Of a DNA stretch of 64,000 bases, positions 1 to 9,429 are shown one piece after another; within the stretch, counting starts at the first letter, position 1, and the number at the start of each line of letters is the position of its first letter. The translations under genes were made by a program, and so were the position numbers. The notes beneath the pieces are model-generated. The model did no database searches. It saw only the letters and a program-made list of their open reading frames with translations, and was not told where the DNA came from. This DNA comes from Bacilli bacterium (GTDB lineage Bacteria; Bacillota_I; Bacilli_A; RFN20; CAG-826), in contig JBGUQI010000018.1 of NCBI GenBank assembly GCA_045130875.1, forward strand, positions 7,508 to 71,507, given 5' to 3'.

Positions 1-317
1 AAGTCAAATGTCAAAAGAATCCCAAACTTGATTTTGATGCAGAATTAAAGAAATACGATGAAAAAGCTGAAAAAGCTCGTGTTAAACGTGAAAAAGCAAA
101 GAAAGCCGCTGCTGAAAAAGAAGCCGCCAAGAAAGCAAAAGCGGATGCCAAGCTTCAAGCGAAACTTGCAAAGATGACTCCTGAACAATTGCAAAAGAGA
201 GAAGAAAAACTTGCCAAGAAACAAGCTAAGTTTGATGAACACTGGGCAAAGGAAAGCGCTAAAGGCGAAGTGTATTATAAAAAGATTCAAGCCGAATTAG
301 CAGAAGTCAATAAATAG
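1..317 (+). CDS. 3' end of a CDS cut by the window edge; Lys/Ala/Glu-rich charged C-terminal tail, function unknown
   Basis: The frame ending at TAG 315-317 is open from the window edge (codons start at nt 3). It reads VKCQKNPKLDFDAELKKYDEKAEKARVKREKAKKAAAEKEAAKK...YYKKIQAELAEVNK. The 45-290 minus ORF in the track is its antisense shadow. Confidence 0.5.
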   Translation, partial: VKCQKNPKLDFDAELKKYDEKAEKARVKREKAKKAAAEKEAAKKAKADAKLQAKLAKMTPEQLQKREEKLAKKQAKFDEHWAKESAKGEVYYKKIQAELAEVNK

Positions 318-327
318 AGGATAGCCT

Positions 328-2892
328 ATGAAAGTTGTTGATTTAAAAACTGAATATTTAAATAATCCATTAGGTATTGATGCTACTCACCCATTCATAT
401 CTTGGAAGATTGAAGGCGGGGATATTAAGTTTCAAAAAGCCTTTGAGATTGTTTATAAGATTAATAATCAAGAAGAGAAAACTATAGTTTTAGAATCACC
501 CTCTATGCATTATTCTTTTGAGGAAGAATTACATAGTAGAGACTATGTTTCTTACAAAGTAAGAATTCAAAACGAAAAAGGTGTTTGGTCACCCTATAGT
601 GAAGAACAACATTTCTCTATTGGTTTATTAAATAAAAACGATTGGTCTGCGAAATGGATTTATGGAGACTATAGCGTCTCAAAGAGCAAAAGATATCCTG
701 TTGATTATTTCAAAAAAGAATTTGAAATCAAAGATGTTAATAGAGCAATCTTATACGTTACCGCATTAGGTATTTATGAAGCCTATATCAATGGTAAAAA
801 AGTTAGTAATGGATTATTAACTCCTGGTAGTACAGATCCTCGTAAGAGAGTTCAATATGATACTTATGATGTCTCTCCATTATTAAAGGACGGACACAAT
901 GAATTAGTTATTTTATTAGCGGATGGATGGTATAGAGGCAGTATTGGTGCGAAGGGTTTTACTTATGTCTTTGGCAAAAATACAATGGTGCTTGCTCAGT
1001 TAGAAATTAATGAAAAAGCAGGCAATTTAAGCATAATTTGCACAGATAATACCTGGAAATGGTCAAATGATGGCCCTATTTTATTCGCTGATTTAAAAGA
1101 TGGTGAAATTGTCGATTTCAATAAAGAACCATCCTTTAATGGCAAAGTGAGAATTGGTAGTTATGATAAAGAAATCACATCCTCAAATAACACAAAGGTT
1201 GTGGTTATCTCTAGAAACAAACCAGTTAAAGAATTCAAATCTAAGACCGATAAAGTGGTTTATGAATTTGAAAACAATGTCGCGGGTAATGTTTCCTTAA
1301 AGTTAAGAGCCACCGCCGGACAAAAGATTCATTTGTCTATGGGTGAGATGCTTGATGATAATGAAGATGTTACCTTAAAGAACGTTCAATGTATTAGAAA
1401 AGGTAAGAAAACACCACTTCAGGAAGTGGTAATTATCTGTAAAGAAGGTGTCAATGAATATGAAACCAAATTCTTCTATGGTGGTTTTAAATATGTGACC
1501 ATATTAGAAAATGATGGTGTGGAAATTCTTGATATAGAACAACTCGCTATTTCCACAGAGATGAAAGAAGTATCCACATTCAATTGTTCTAATGAACTAA
1601 TTAATACTTTCTATGACAACACAGTTAGATCTTGTAAATCTAACTTTGTGGATATTCCTACAGACTGTCCCACCAGAGAAAGGATGGGCTGGACTGGCGA
1701 TTCACAGGTCATTTTTGACACCGCTTCCTATCTATTTGATTGTCACGCTTTCTTTAGAAAGCATGTTAAAGATATTTACGATAGACAAGACAAGAATGGT
1801 AGATTACCTCAAATTGCTCCATATTCCGCGGAAGACTGGTTTATGGGTGTGATGAACGGCTCTGTCGGTTGGGCGGATGCCGGTATCTTAATTCCTTATC
1901 GTATGTATCTTAGATATGGCGACTTAAATATATTGAAAGATAATTATGACAACATGGTGAGATACGCGAAGTTCATGATTAAAAGATGTGGAACCGCAAA
2001 AGGTTTATATGCGTTATATGCAAAACCATTACATTTATCTAAAGAGAATAAAAAGTATGGTGTTAACACCGGTCAATCATATGGTGAATGGGCAGAACCA
2101 AATGATGTCAAAGCTTTTGTGTGGACCGATTTTGCCGAACCTCATCCCGAAGAATCAATGGCCTATACCTTCTATATGATGTCCTTAATGGTGGAAATAT
2201 CTAATCTATTAGATAGAAAAGAAGATATCGCTTTATATGAACAATATAGGGATGGTGTGAAGAAAGCCTATCAAGAATTAGTTACTAAACCCAGACATAC
2301 ATTAGACACCGATAGACAATGTAAACAAGTGAGGCCTCTATATTTTGATTTATTAAATGAAGAACAAACAAAGTTTGCTAAAGAAAGACTAATTAAATCT
2401 TTAGATAACTATCGTTGGAGACTAGGTACTGGATTCTTATCAACGCCTTTTATTCTCTATGTCTTAGAGAAGATTGATCCTAATTATGCTTATAAACTTC
2501 TTCTTAATGAAGAAATGCCTGGATGGTTATTTATGGCTAAAGAAAATACCGGCACAATTTGGGAAGGATGGGAAGGCCCTAAATCCCAAGCCGGAATTGC
2601 TTCTTTGAACCATTATTCCAAAGGTGCGATGGTGGAATGGTTATTTAAATCCATGCTAGGTATTAAAGTGAAAGGTGAAAACACCTTTGAAATATCTCCT
2701 GTTATTGGAGAAGGCGTGGACTTCGCTAATGGTAGTTACGATAGCGAATATGGAAAAGTCTCCGTCAGTTGGAAGAAGGCAAATGATAAAGTCTTTTTCG
2801 ATATCAAAGTACCAGTGAACACTAAAGCGACATTTATTTATAATAAACAAACCAAAGAATTAGAACCTGGAATACACAAAATATCTTTTTGA
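328..2892 (+). CDS. alpha-L-rhamnosidase, glycoside hydrolase family 78
   Basis: 854 aa. It carries the GH78 hallmark DCPTRERMGWTGD and a typical GH78 N-terminus (LKTEYLNNPLGID). Confidence 0.9.
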   Translation: MKVVDLKTEYLNNPLGIDATHPFISWKIEGGDIKFQKAFEIVYKINNQEEKTIVLESPSMHYSFEEELHSRDYVSYKVRIQNEKGVWSPYSEEQHFSIGLLNKNDWSAKWIYGDYSVSKSKRYPVDYFKKEFEIKDVNRAILYVTALGIYEAYINGKKVSNGLLTPGSTDPRKRVQYDTYDVSPLLKDGHNELVILLADGWYRGSIGAKGFTYVFGKNTMVLAQLEINEKAGNLSIICTDNTWKWSNDGPILFADLKDGEIVDFNKEPSFNGKVRIGSYDKEITSSNNTKVVVISRNKPVKEFKSKTDKVVYEFENNVAGNVSLKLRATAGQKIHLSMGEMLDDNEDVTLKNVQCIRKGKKTPLQEVVIICKEGVNEYETKFFYGGFKYVTILENDGVEILDIEQLAISTEMKEVSTFNCSNELINTFYDNTVRSCKSNFVDIPTDCPTRERMGWTGDSQVIFDTASYLFDCHAFFRKHVKDIYDRQDKNGRLPQIAPYSAEDWFMGVMNGSVGWADAGILIPYRMYLRYGDLNILKDNYDNMVRYAKFMIKRCGTAKGLYALYAKPLHLSKENKKYGVNTGQSYGEWAEPNDVKAFVWTDFAEPHPEESMAYTFYMMSLMVEISNLLDRKEDIALYEQYRDGVKKAYQELVTKPRHTLDTDRQCKQVRPLYFDLLNEEQTKFAKERLIKSLDNYRWRLGTGFLSTPFILYVLEKIDPNYAYKLLLNEEMPGWLFMAKENTGTIWEGWEGPKSQAGIASLNHYSKGAMVEWLFKSMLGIKVKGENTFEISPVIGEGVDFANGSYDSEYGKVSVSWKKANDKVFFDIKVPVNTKATFIYNKQTKELEPGIHKISF

Positions 2893-2919
2893 AATGTTAT
2901 AACATTATAAAATAGATAT

Positions 2920-4992
2920 ATGATCCAATTTAAAAAAGAAAAAGAATTGCCAATTTATACACCCACTAAATGGCAATCTTTTATATTGAAGAATTATGGT
3001 CTGGTGGATGTCTTTACTTTATCCCAAGTTTTAGGCTGTGATAGAAGAACGGTTTTAAGAGAAGCTAAGAGATTAGGATTAGAAAAGGTCTATTTAGATA
3101 ATGCTTGGGTGGAGAAATCATATCTCACCATTATTGAAAATAACTGGGACTTTTTGTCTTATAGACAAATAAAGCAATTATTCAAATGGGATGATAGTAG
3201 ATGGCAATATGAATTAGAGAATAATGATTATATCAAACTCAAACTCGGTAATTACAAACCAGAGATTCAAGATATTAAATATAGCCCTTTAACCAAAGAG
3301 CAAGAAAAAGAAACCAAAAAGATTAGAAGAATTATAGAGAAGAATGTCATAGAGAATTATGCTTCTCCACATTCTTTTAAATATTCAATGCTGAATGCCA
3401 AAAAGACAGAAGGGGAGATGCTCATTTATCCCTATGATTTAGTGTGCAACGATGTCTTGATGTCAGACGATGATATAGTGTCTGAAGAAGCTTTGAAATC
3501 ATACCAAAGTGCGGGTATTACCGCGTTATGGTTTCAACCCCAACTAATTGATTTATCACTATGTCCATTTAGTAACAAAAACAATGATAATTATTTGAAA
3601 AGACGCGCAAAACTCAACGATTTTATTGAAAAATCCGCGCAATATGGCATAAAAATCTATATTTATCTTAATGAACCAAAAGGACTCAATGTTAATGATT
3701 GGAAAGATGAATATAAGTATTTAATGGGCAGAAGAGAAGACGATACTATCGCCATGTGTTTCTCCCAACAAGAAGTCAAAGATTATCTCTATACCGCTAT
3801 ATATGACTTACTAAAAGCAGTACCTAAATTGGGTGGCATTTTCACCATTACAAGTAGCGAAAGCTTAACTCATTGTAAACACAAGATGTATAGCGATTGC
3901 CCGAAGTGTAAAGATATTCCTCCATATGTGATGGCGGCAGAGATTAACAACATCATTTATAAAGCCGTTAGAGATAGTGGAGCCTCTACTCGTGTCGTGG
4001 CTATGCTTTGGGGATGGATGCCATATTGTGAAATTTCTACAGAAGATGCCTTAAAAGGCATAGCCTTAATGGATAAGAATATTGATATCATGTGTGTTAG
4101 TGAATTTGGCACTCATAAATTCGGAAATATCGGTGAATACTCTATCGCCTATGGCGAACCTTGTTTTGAAACCATTAAATTCTTAAAACATGCCAGAAAA
4201 CTTGGCCATAAAGTTTGGGCTAAAATCCAAGTGAATAATAGTTGGGAGATGTCTAGTGTTCCCACGCTACCTTGCTTCGAATTAATAATTAATCATTTAA
4301 CGAAGTTAAAGAAACTAGGTGTGAATGATATTATGCTCTCTTGGACTTTAGGAGGATTCCCCAGTTTCAATATCTCTTTAACTAATTCTGTTTTATCTAA
4401 TGATTTCAACTATAACCTTTGGTTAAAGGATGAATTTGAAGATAACGCCACGTATATTAAGATGGTGTCCCATCTTTTATCTGAAGGATTTAAGAAATTC
4501 CCATTCTCTCTATATCTTTTGTACTTCTCACCACTTAGTTTAGGGCCCGCAAATATGATTTATAGCGAGCCTACTGGCAAGAAAGCCACAATAGTGACAT
4601 TCTCCTATGACGATGTGGATACATGGTTAAATGGGCTTAATAGAGATGATTTTGAATTAAGAATGAATATTCTATTAAGAAAGTTTAAGAAAGCCACGAA
4701 GATTGCTAATTCTTTAGAAGGAAATGAAAAAGTAGAGCAGGTAAAGAGATACACTAATGTCTGGTACATTACCTATAAGTCTTTTATGAATCAATATTAT
4801 TTCTATAAATATAGAAATGATTTAGAAAAGATTAAAAAGATTATCAATGATGAGATTAAAATAACCAAATCACTATATAGATATGCATCTCTTGATAGCA
4901 CGATAGGTTTTGAACCATCAAATCAATATATCTATACTCCAAATATGTTTTTAGAAAAACTATTAGCCCTTTATAAAATAAAGAGCAGATAA
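2920..4992 (+). CDS. uncharacterized 690-aa protein; possibly a TIM-barrel glycoside-hydrolase-like enzyme with an HTH-like N-terminal segment
   Basis: Long uninterrupted ORF 28 nt after the rhamnosidase gene. It has alternating beta/alpha-like segments (IYIYLNEPKG, GGIFTITSSE, MLWGW). The product assignment is weak. Confidence 0.6.
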   Translation: MIQFKKEKELPIYTPTKWQSFILKNYGLVDVFTLSQVLGCDRRTVLREAKRLGLEKVYLDNAWVEKSYLTIIENNWDFLSYRQIKQLFKWDDSRWQYELENNDYIKLKLGNYKPEIQDIKYSPLTKEQEKETKKIRRIIEKNVIENYASPHSFKYSMLNAKKTEGEMLIYPYDLVCNDVLMSDDDIVSEEALKSYQSAGITALWFQPQLIDLSLCPFSNKNNDNYLKRRAKLNDFIEKSAQYGIKIYIYLNEPKGLNVNDWKDEYKYLMGRREDDTIAMCFSQQEVKDYLYTAIYDLLKAVPKLGGIFTITSSESLTHCKHKMYSDCPKCKDIPPYVMAAEINNIIYKAVRDSGASTRVVAMLWGWMPYCEISTEDALKGIALMDKNIDIMCVSEFGTHKFGNIGEYSIAYGEPCFETIKFLKHARKLGHKVWAKIQVNNSWEMSSVPTLPCFELIINHLTKLKKLGVNDIMLSWTLGGFPSFNISLTNSVLSNDFNYNLWLKDEFEDNATYIKMVSHLLSEGFKKFPFSLYLLYFSPLSLGPANMIYSEPTGKKATIVTFSYDDVDTWLNGLNRDDFELRMNILLRKFKKATKIANSLEGNEKVEQVKRYTNVWYITYKSFMNQYYFYKYRNDLEKIKKIINDEIKITKSLYRYASLDSTIGFEPSNQYIYTPNMFLEKLLALYKIKSR

Positions 4993-5000
4993 TATTTAAT

Positions 5001-5822
5001 ATGAAATTATACGATCAACATGTTCATAGTTATTATTCCTTTGATAGCGACCAACCTATTAAAGCATATTTAGACAAAGCCCAAGAACTTGGTCTTGAGT
5101 ATTTTGTTTTAACTGAACACCTTGATGTTAACTATTTAGATAAAGAACCAGATATTAAATTCGACATTGATAAAGAAGAAAAAGAACTAACTGAATTACA
5201 AAAAGAATATCCTAATATTAGGATATTAAGAGGCATAGAAATTGGTTATAAACCTCATAATATGGATGATGTTAAAAGATTTATGAAAGGTCATAGATTT
5301 GATGTGATTAATTTCTCGATGCATGAATCTGATGGTTTAGATTATTACTTTAAAGACGGTTTTAAAGAAAGGGGCATCAAGAAAACCCTAGATGTTTATT
5401 TCCAAAGAGAATACGAGATGGCGAGAGACTATGATGATTATGATGTCTTTTGTCATTTGGACTTTGGATTTAAGACTGCCTACCTCTTGGATAACTCTTT
5501 TAAAATCAACGATTATGAAGAACAACTTTCTCTTATTATGAAAGAGGTAATTAAGAAGGATAAAGCGTTAGAAATTAACACAAAAGTGCAACAATTTTTG
5601 CCTTTAGAGCACACTAAATATATATTATATTTATATAAAAAATTAGGTGGAAAAAACCTCACTTTATCGAGTGATGCACATGTCATTGATAGGTTTTGCA
5701 TCCACTTTGACAAGTATATTTCTTTAATAAAAGAGTGTGGTTTTGACCATTTAAACTATTTTATCGATAGAAAGAGATATGATATTGATATTGATGAATA
5801 TATTTACATTCATAATAATTAA
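5001..5822 (+). CDS. PHP-family phosphoesterase (histidinol-phosphatase HisJ/K-like)
   Basis: N-terminal metal motif YDQHVHSYYSFDS, followed by LTEH, a MHE motif and SSDAH, all typical of PHP histidinol phosphatases. Confidence 0.8.
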   Translation: MKLYDQHVHSYYSFDSDQPIKAYLDKAQELGLEYFVLTEHLDVNYLDKEPDIKFDIDKEEKELTELQKEYPNIRILRGIEIGYKPHNMDDVKRFMKGHRFDVINFSMHESDGLDYYFKDGFKERGIKKTLDVYFQREYEMARDYDDYDVFCHLDFGFKTAYLLDNSFKINDYEEQLSLIMKEVIKKDKALEINTKVQQFLPLEHTKYILYLYKKLGGKNLTLSSDAHVIDRFCIHFDKYISLIKECGFDHLNYFIDRKRYDIDIDEYIYIHNN

Positions 5823-5842
5823 TTATTAATTGGAACTATTTT

Positions 5843-6979
5843 ATGGGATTTAAGATTATTCGCGGTGACATTACTAAAATTGAGTGCGATGCTATCGTAA
5901 ATAGTGTGGGTTTAGAGACCCCGGATTATGGCCGTATATGTCATGATGTCATTACTAATTCTAAGAGCCAAGAACTCAGAGATTTCATTGACGACTTAGA
6001 TGGTGATGCTTCCGTGGGTGACGTCTTTGTTACCAAGGGATATGCTTTACCCGCAAAGAATATCGTCCACTTAATTTGTCCACATTTTGAATCAGATCCA
6101 GATTTAACTGTTTTCCAATCTGCAGTGAGAAAAGTTTTATTAACATGTAAAGAAAAAGAATTTAAAAATATCGCCATTCCAGTTTTTGGAACAGGCGCTA
6201 ATGGATACAATAGACCAGATGTTTATAATTTATTAACTTTCATGTGTTCCGCGTTCGTGGAATACTATCCAGATTTCAATATCACTTTAGTGACTGTTGC
6301 TAAGTCTGTGCAGATTATGCACAAACTGATGCCTAAATATGCAACAGATGCTTATAAGCATAAAACCGATGATGAACTCCTTCGTTATCACAAAGCGGCA
6401 AAAGCATTTAAACGGAATGATAACGAATATATACCAAGCGACATATATGAAGCTCCAAAAGAATTCTTTGGTAGTGAATTTGAAAAGACCGCCCAAGTCG
6501 CGTTATTACCTCAAGACGATTCCAATCGTCCCACAATTACATTAGATGACAAAACTATGTTTAGAATAGGTAATGTCAAAGAATATATGGAAGTCTATGC
6601 TGGTAGGCGTTTTCCAAATCAGTTCTCTAATGCCGATAAGATACTAATTAGAGCCAAGCGATATTTGGGATTATCATCTAAAGATGATGATGTTGCCAAG
6701 AGTATGACTGCGGCCTCTAAATTATTATCTTCCTACAAAGTAGGTGGAAGAAGACCTAAACCAGAATCAATGTTTAAACTAGCGTTAGGTTTAAGAATGA
6801 ATTATTTAGAAGCTCAGAACTTTATGAATTTCTTTGGTTTATCATTTACCCATCACCCACAAGACAACACCCTAGAATCCGGTGTGAGGTATTGTTTGGA
6901 TCATCATCTCTATGAAATAGAAGAAATAGAAGATGAGATTTATAAACGAACGAAAAAGACATTTTTCTACTCTAAATAA
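5843..6979 (+). CDS. macro-domain (ADP-ribose binding/hydrolase) protein with a ~200-aa C-terminal extension
   Basis: The N-terminus IIRGDITKIECDAIVNSVG ... IAIPVFGTGANGY matches the macro-domain signature. The C-terminal half is unassigned. Confidence 0.8.
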   Translation: MGFKIIRGDITKIECDAIVNSVGLETPDYGRICHDVITNSKSQELRDFIDDLDGDASVGDVFVTKGYALPAKNIVHLICPHFESDPDLTVFQSAVRKVLLTCKEKEFKNIAIPVFGTGANGYNRPDVYNLLTFMCSAFVEYYPDFNITLVTVAKSVQIMHKLMPKYATDAYKHKTDDELLRYHKAAKAFKRNDNEYIPSDIYEAPKEFFGSEFEKTAQVALLPQDDSNRPTITLDDKTMFRIGNVKEYMEVYAGRRFPNQFSNADKILIRAKRYLGLSSKDDDVAKSMTAASKLLSSYKVGGRRPKPESMFKLALGLRMNYLEAQNFMNFFGLSFTHHPQDNTLESGVRYCLDHHLYEIEEIEDEIYKRTKKTFFYSK

Positions 6980-6995
6980 AATTAAATTCTTCAGT

Positions 6996-7025
6996 CGGGC
7001 GAACTTTCACGGTTCGTCTTTTTGT
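6996..7025 (+). terminator. rho-independent terminator candidate after the macro-domain gene
   Basis: GCGAAC / GTTCGT stem (one G-U pair) followed by a T-run. Confidence 0.5.
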
Positions 7026-7071
7026 TTTGCTACTATAGTGGTGCTGATGGGTCAGCAGAAGGAGAACCATT

Positions 7072-7740
7072 ATGGACAAAACAATTAAAATTACCGGAGT
7101 GGGCAGAATCAGTAAAGCCCCAGATCTTACTGTGGTGAGATTACATATCACAAGGACAATGCCAACATACACTGAAGCCTTGGAGGCCACAGCAGAGGAT
7201 GTCAGAATCTTAAAAGATTCTTTAGAGGAAGCTGGATTAGAAAGAAAAACCATCAAGACCACAAGCTTTGAAGTGGAAACAGATTATGACAGCTATTATG
7301 ACAAAGATCATAATTACCACAGAACCTTTAAGGGCTATAGTTATGTCCAAAACTTCAGAATTGAATTTGGTGTAGATAACAAATTACTTGGTAAAGCGTT
7401 ATTCAATATCTCACATTTACCAATTGATCCCGAAATCACTATTAGATATGAAATTAAGGATATTCAGGCCGCGAAAGATGAATTACTAGCCAATGCTGTT
7501 AAAGATGCCACTAAAAAGGCTAATATCATCGCTGATGCCGCAGGCGTTACAATTGATGGAGTGGTGGATATCAACTATTCTTGGTCCACTATGGAATTCT
7601 ATTCCAGAGATATGAATTTCACGTATTGCAAAAAGGCGATGGCATCACCTAAAGCGAAAGAAGATACTTATGATGTCGATATCGAACCAGAAGATATTGA
7701 AAAGAGCGATTCAGTAACTATCATCTTTGCCATTAAATAA
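7072..7740 (+). CDS. SIMPL / DUF541 family protein
   Basis: 222 aa. The start IKITGVGRISKAPDL and overall length fit the SIMPL (26-kDa periplasmic immunogenic protein-like) family. Confidence 0.75.
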   Translation: MDKTIKITGVGRISKAPDLTVVRLHITRTMPTYTEALEATAEDVRILKDSLEEAGLERKTIKTTSFEVETDYDSYYDKDHNYHRTFKGYSYVQNFRIEFGVDNKLLGKALFNISHLPIDPEITIRYEIKDIQAAKDELLANAVKDATKKANIIADAAGVTIDGVVDINYSWSTMEFYSRDMNFTYCKKAMASPKAKEDTYDVDIEPEDIEKSDSVTIIFAIK

Positions 7741-7752
7741 GAGGAACAATTT

Positions 7753-8235
7753 ATGGATGAAAAAGTAATTACCTTAATCAACACATTAGTGCCCACGATG
7801 AGCGAGAAAGAGAAACTCGCCTTCTATCTCGCCTTTGGCGCGCATACCGGAAGAGATCAAAAAGATCACGCTGGATTAGAGTACATTGGTCATCCATTAA
7901 CGGTGTTTGCTCACTGTGATAGTGAAGACACCAGAGTGGTGGCCCTTCTCCACGACGTCGTGGAAGATACAGAAATAACCTTAGAAGATTTATCTTTGTT
8001 ATTTGAATCAAAAATCGTGGAAGCGGTTAAACTCTTATCTCACGAAAAGGGTCCTTATGATAGGGAAACTTATATTAAAAATATAAAAGCCAATCCAATT
8101 GCCAGAAAAGTCAAAATTGAAGACTTAAGAACCAATATGGATAGGAGTAGATTGCTATCACTACTTGAATGGCACGATAACAAAGTTAAAAAACATTATA
8201 AGAATGAATTCGAGGAGTTATTAAAAGATGACTAA
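7753..8235 (+). CDS. HD-domain (p)ppGpp hydrolase-like protein (small alarmone hydrolase type)
   Basis: 160 aa. The HPLTVF ... VALLHDVVEDT motif matches the RelA/SpoT hydrolase HD domain. There is no synthetase domain. Confidence 0.75.
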   Translation: MDEKVITLINTLVPTMSEKEKLAFYLAFGAHTGRDQKDHAGLEYIGHPLTVFAHCDSEDTRVVALLHDVVEDTEITLEDLSLLFESKIVEAVKLLSHEKGPYDRETYIKNIKANPIARKVKIEDLRTNMDRSRLLSLLEWHDNKVKKHYKNEFEELLKDD

Positions 8236-8431
8236 ATACTACGCAGGCGGCGCACTCAAGTTTGAAAATGGTGTTTTATATCTTAGAGAAACTTGTGGTT
8301 ATGTCTATGATTTCTTCAATGATGGTTATGATTTATTCAAACCAGAATTAGAGTGCACCAGGGAAGAAGCGCTCGCGGAATATATCAGAATTTTTGGCAC
8401 CGATGAAGGATTTGAAAACAACAAAAAATAA
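8228..8431 (+). CDS. small hypothetical protein (67 aa) translationally coupled to the HD hydrolase
   Basis: Its ATG overlaps the upstream gene's 3' end by 8 nt (ATG at 8228, upstream TAA at 8233-8235). No recognisable motif. Confidence 0.45.
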   Translation: MTKYYAGGALKFENGVLYLRETCGYVYDFFNDGYDLFKPELECTREEALAEYIRIFGTDEGFENNKK

Positions 8432-8546
8432 TTGTTGCCAAAAATCTCTTATATAAATATAATAATCCTGCTCATAAATCGAGCTACCTTACAGCTTTTT
8501 AAGCCTTACAGATCATTTATTCAATTAATTATTTAGGAGGTAGTTT

Positions 8547-8825
8547 ATGAGCAAATTAATTGATTCCCACTTGATAGGGCAAAATATCAAGAAACTTCGT
8601 CTAAGTCATAACTGGACTCAGGAGTTCTTAGCCGACAGTATCGGATACTGCGTAAGGACCTTACGCCGTGTCGAAAACGAGGGCACAGATAGAATTGACG
8701 TTGTCAACATCTTCGCCGCCGCCTTCGAGGTATCCGCACTAGACATCCTTCAAGGATGTTTTTTGTTTATTTGGACAATATGTAATAACAGATATCAAAA
8801 TAAGTTTTGTTATCTAAATGATTAA
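8547..8825 (+). CDS. XRE-family helix-turn-helix regulator
   Basis: GGAGG RBS upstream. IGQNIKKLRLSHNWTQEFLADSIGYCVRTLRRVENEG is a classic HTH_XRE sequence. The gene looks G+C-richer than its neighbours. Its 3' tail overlaps the convergent gene. Confidence 0.75.
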   Translation: MSKLIDSHLIGQNIKKLRLSHNWTQEFLADSIGYCVRTLRRVENEGTDRIDVVNIFAAAFEVSALDILQGCFLFIWTICNNRYQNKFCYLND

Positions 8826-9399
8826 TAGTTTTGATACCCTGGGGATAAGCAAAATCACCTTTCACTAATGTGGATATGGTGTTATCGCTATTCAAAGTGG
8901 TGAAAGATAAGAATAATGATGAATCTAATGATCTAGATACCATGTTAACTTGGTATTTATTATTATCCACAGGAGCGGTGGTATCGATATCTTCAATCGT
9001 GGTTTCTATCTGATAATCATCAATGCTTAAGTTATTATTTCTAAAAGCACTAATGTCTATGGGAATATTAAAGAAAAATGCATTATTTTCATCATTTAAG
9101 GCGAGTTTTAGCGAGTTTTCTTCATATTCTATCGCAATTATTGACTCTGCTTGATAAGGAGTTCCTAGCTCTTCTAAAGCATCATTTGAGAACTTGATGA
9201 TGTTGTCATAGACCTCACTAATGGTCTCATCCATGACATAGGGATCATCACTCTTTTGATTGGTTTTGGTAATCTTTGGTAAGAAAGCAAAGAAAATAAT
9301 TAAATCAATAACAAAAGAGACGCAGAGAATAATGATAATAATTAATCTCTTGTTGGCTTTCTTTTCTTTTTCTTGAGAGATATTTGACTGTTTGTCCAT
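8767..9399 (-). CDS. membrane-anchored hypothetical protein (N-terminal TM helix)
   Basis: ORF with an ATG at 9399 (the track begins one TTG codon earlier). It has a basic N-terminus followed by the hydrophobic stretch LIIIIILCVSFVIDLIIFFAFL. Confidence 0.65.
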   Translation of the reverse strand: MDKQSNISQEKEKKANKRLIIIIILCVSFVIDLIIFFAFLPKITKTNQKSDDPYVMDETISEVYDNIIKFSNDALEELGTPYQAESIIAIEYEENSLKLALNDENNAFFFNIPIDISAFRNNNLSIDDYQIETTIEDIDTTAPVDNNKYQVNMVSRSLDSSLFLSFTTLNSDNTISTLVKGDFAYPQGIKTINHLDNKTYFDICYYILSK

Positions 9400-9429
9400 C
9401 AACTATTATTTATAATACCTTAAATATAC

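Noticed and set aside
45-290. 81-aa minus-strand ORF from the track
   Set aside because: It is the antisense shadow of a Lys/Ala/Glu-rich plus-strand coding frame that is open from the window edge to TAG 315-317. The Phe/Leu-rich low-complexity translation is typical of reverse-strand artefacts.
5843-6979. DarTG toxin-antitoxin system (macro-domain antitoxin)
   Set aside because: No DarT/DUF4433-like gene is adjacent. The neighbours are a PHP phosphatase and a SIMPL protein.
7753-8431. toxSAS-SAH toxin-antitoxin pair
   Set aside because: The coupled ORF is only 67 aa and shows no RelA/SpoT synthetase motifs. No alarmone synthetase gene is nearby.
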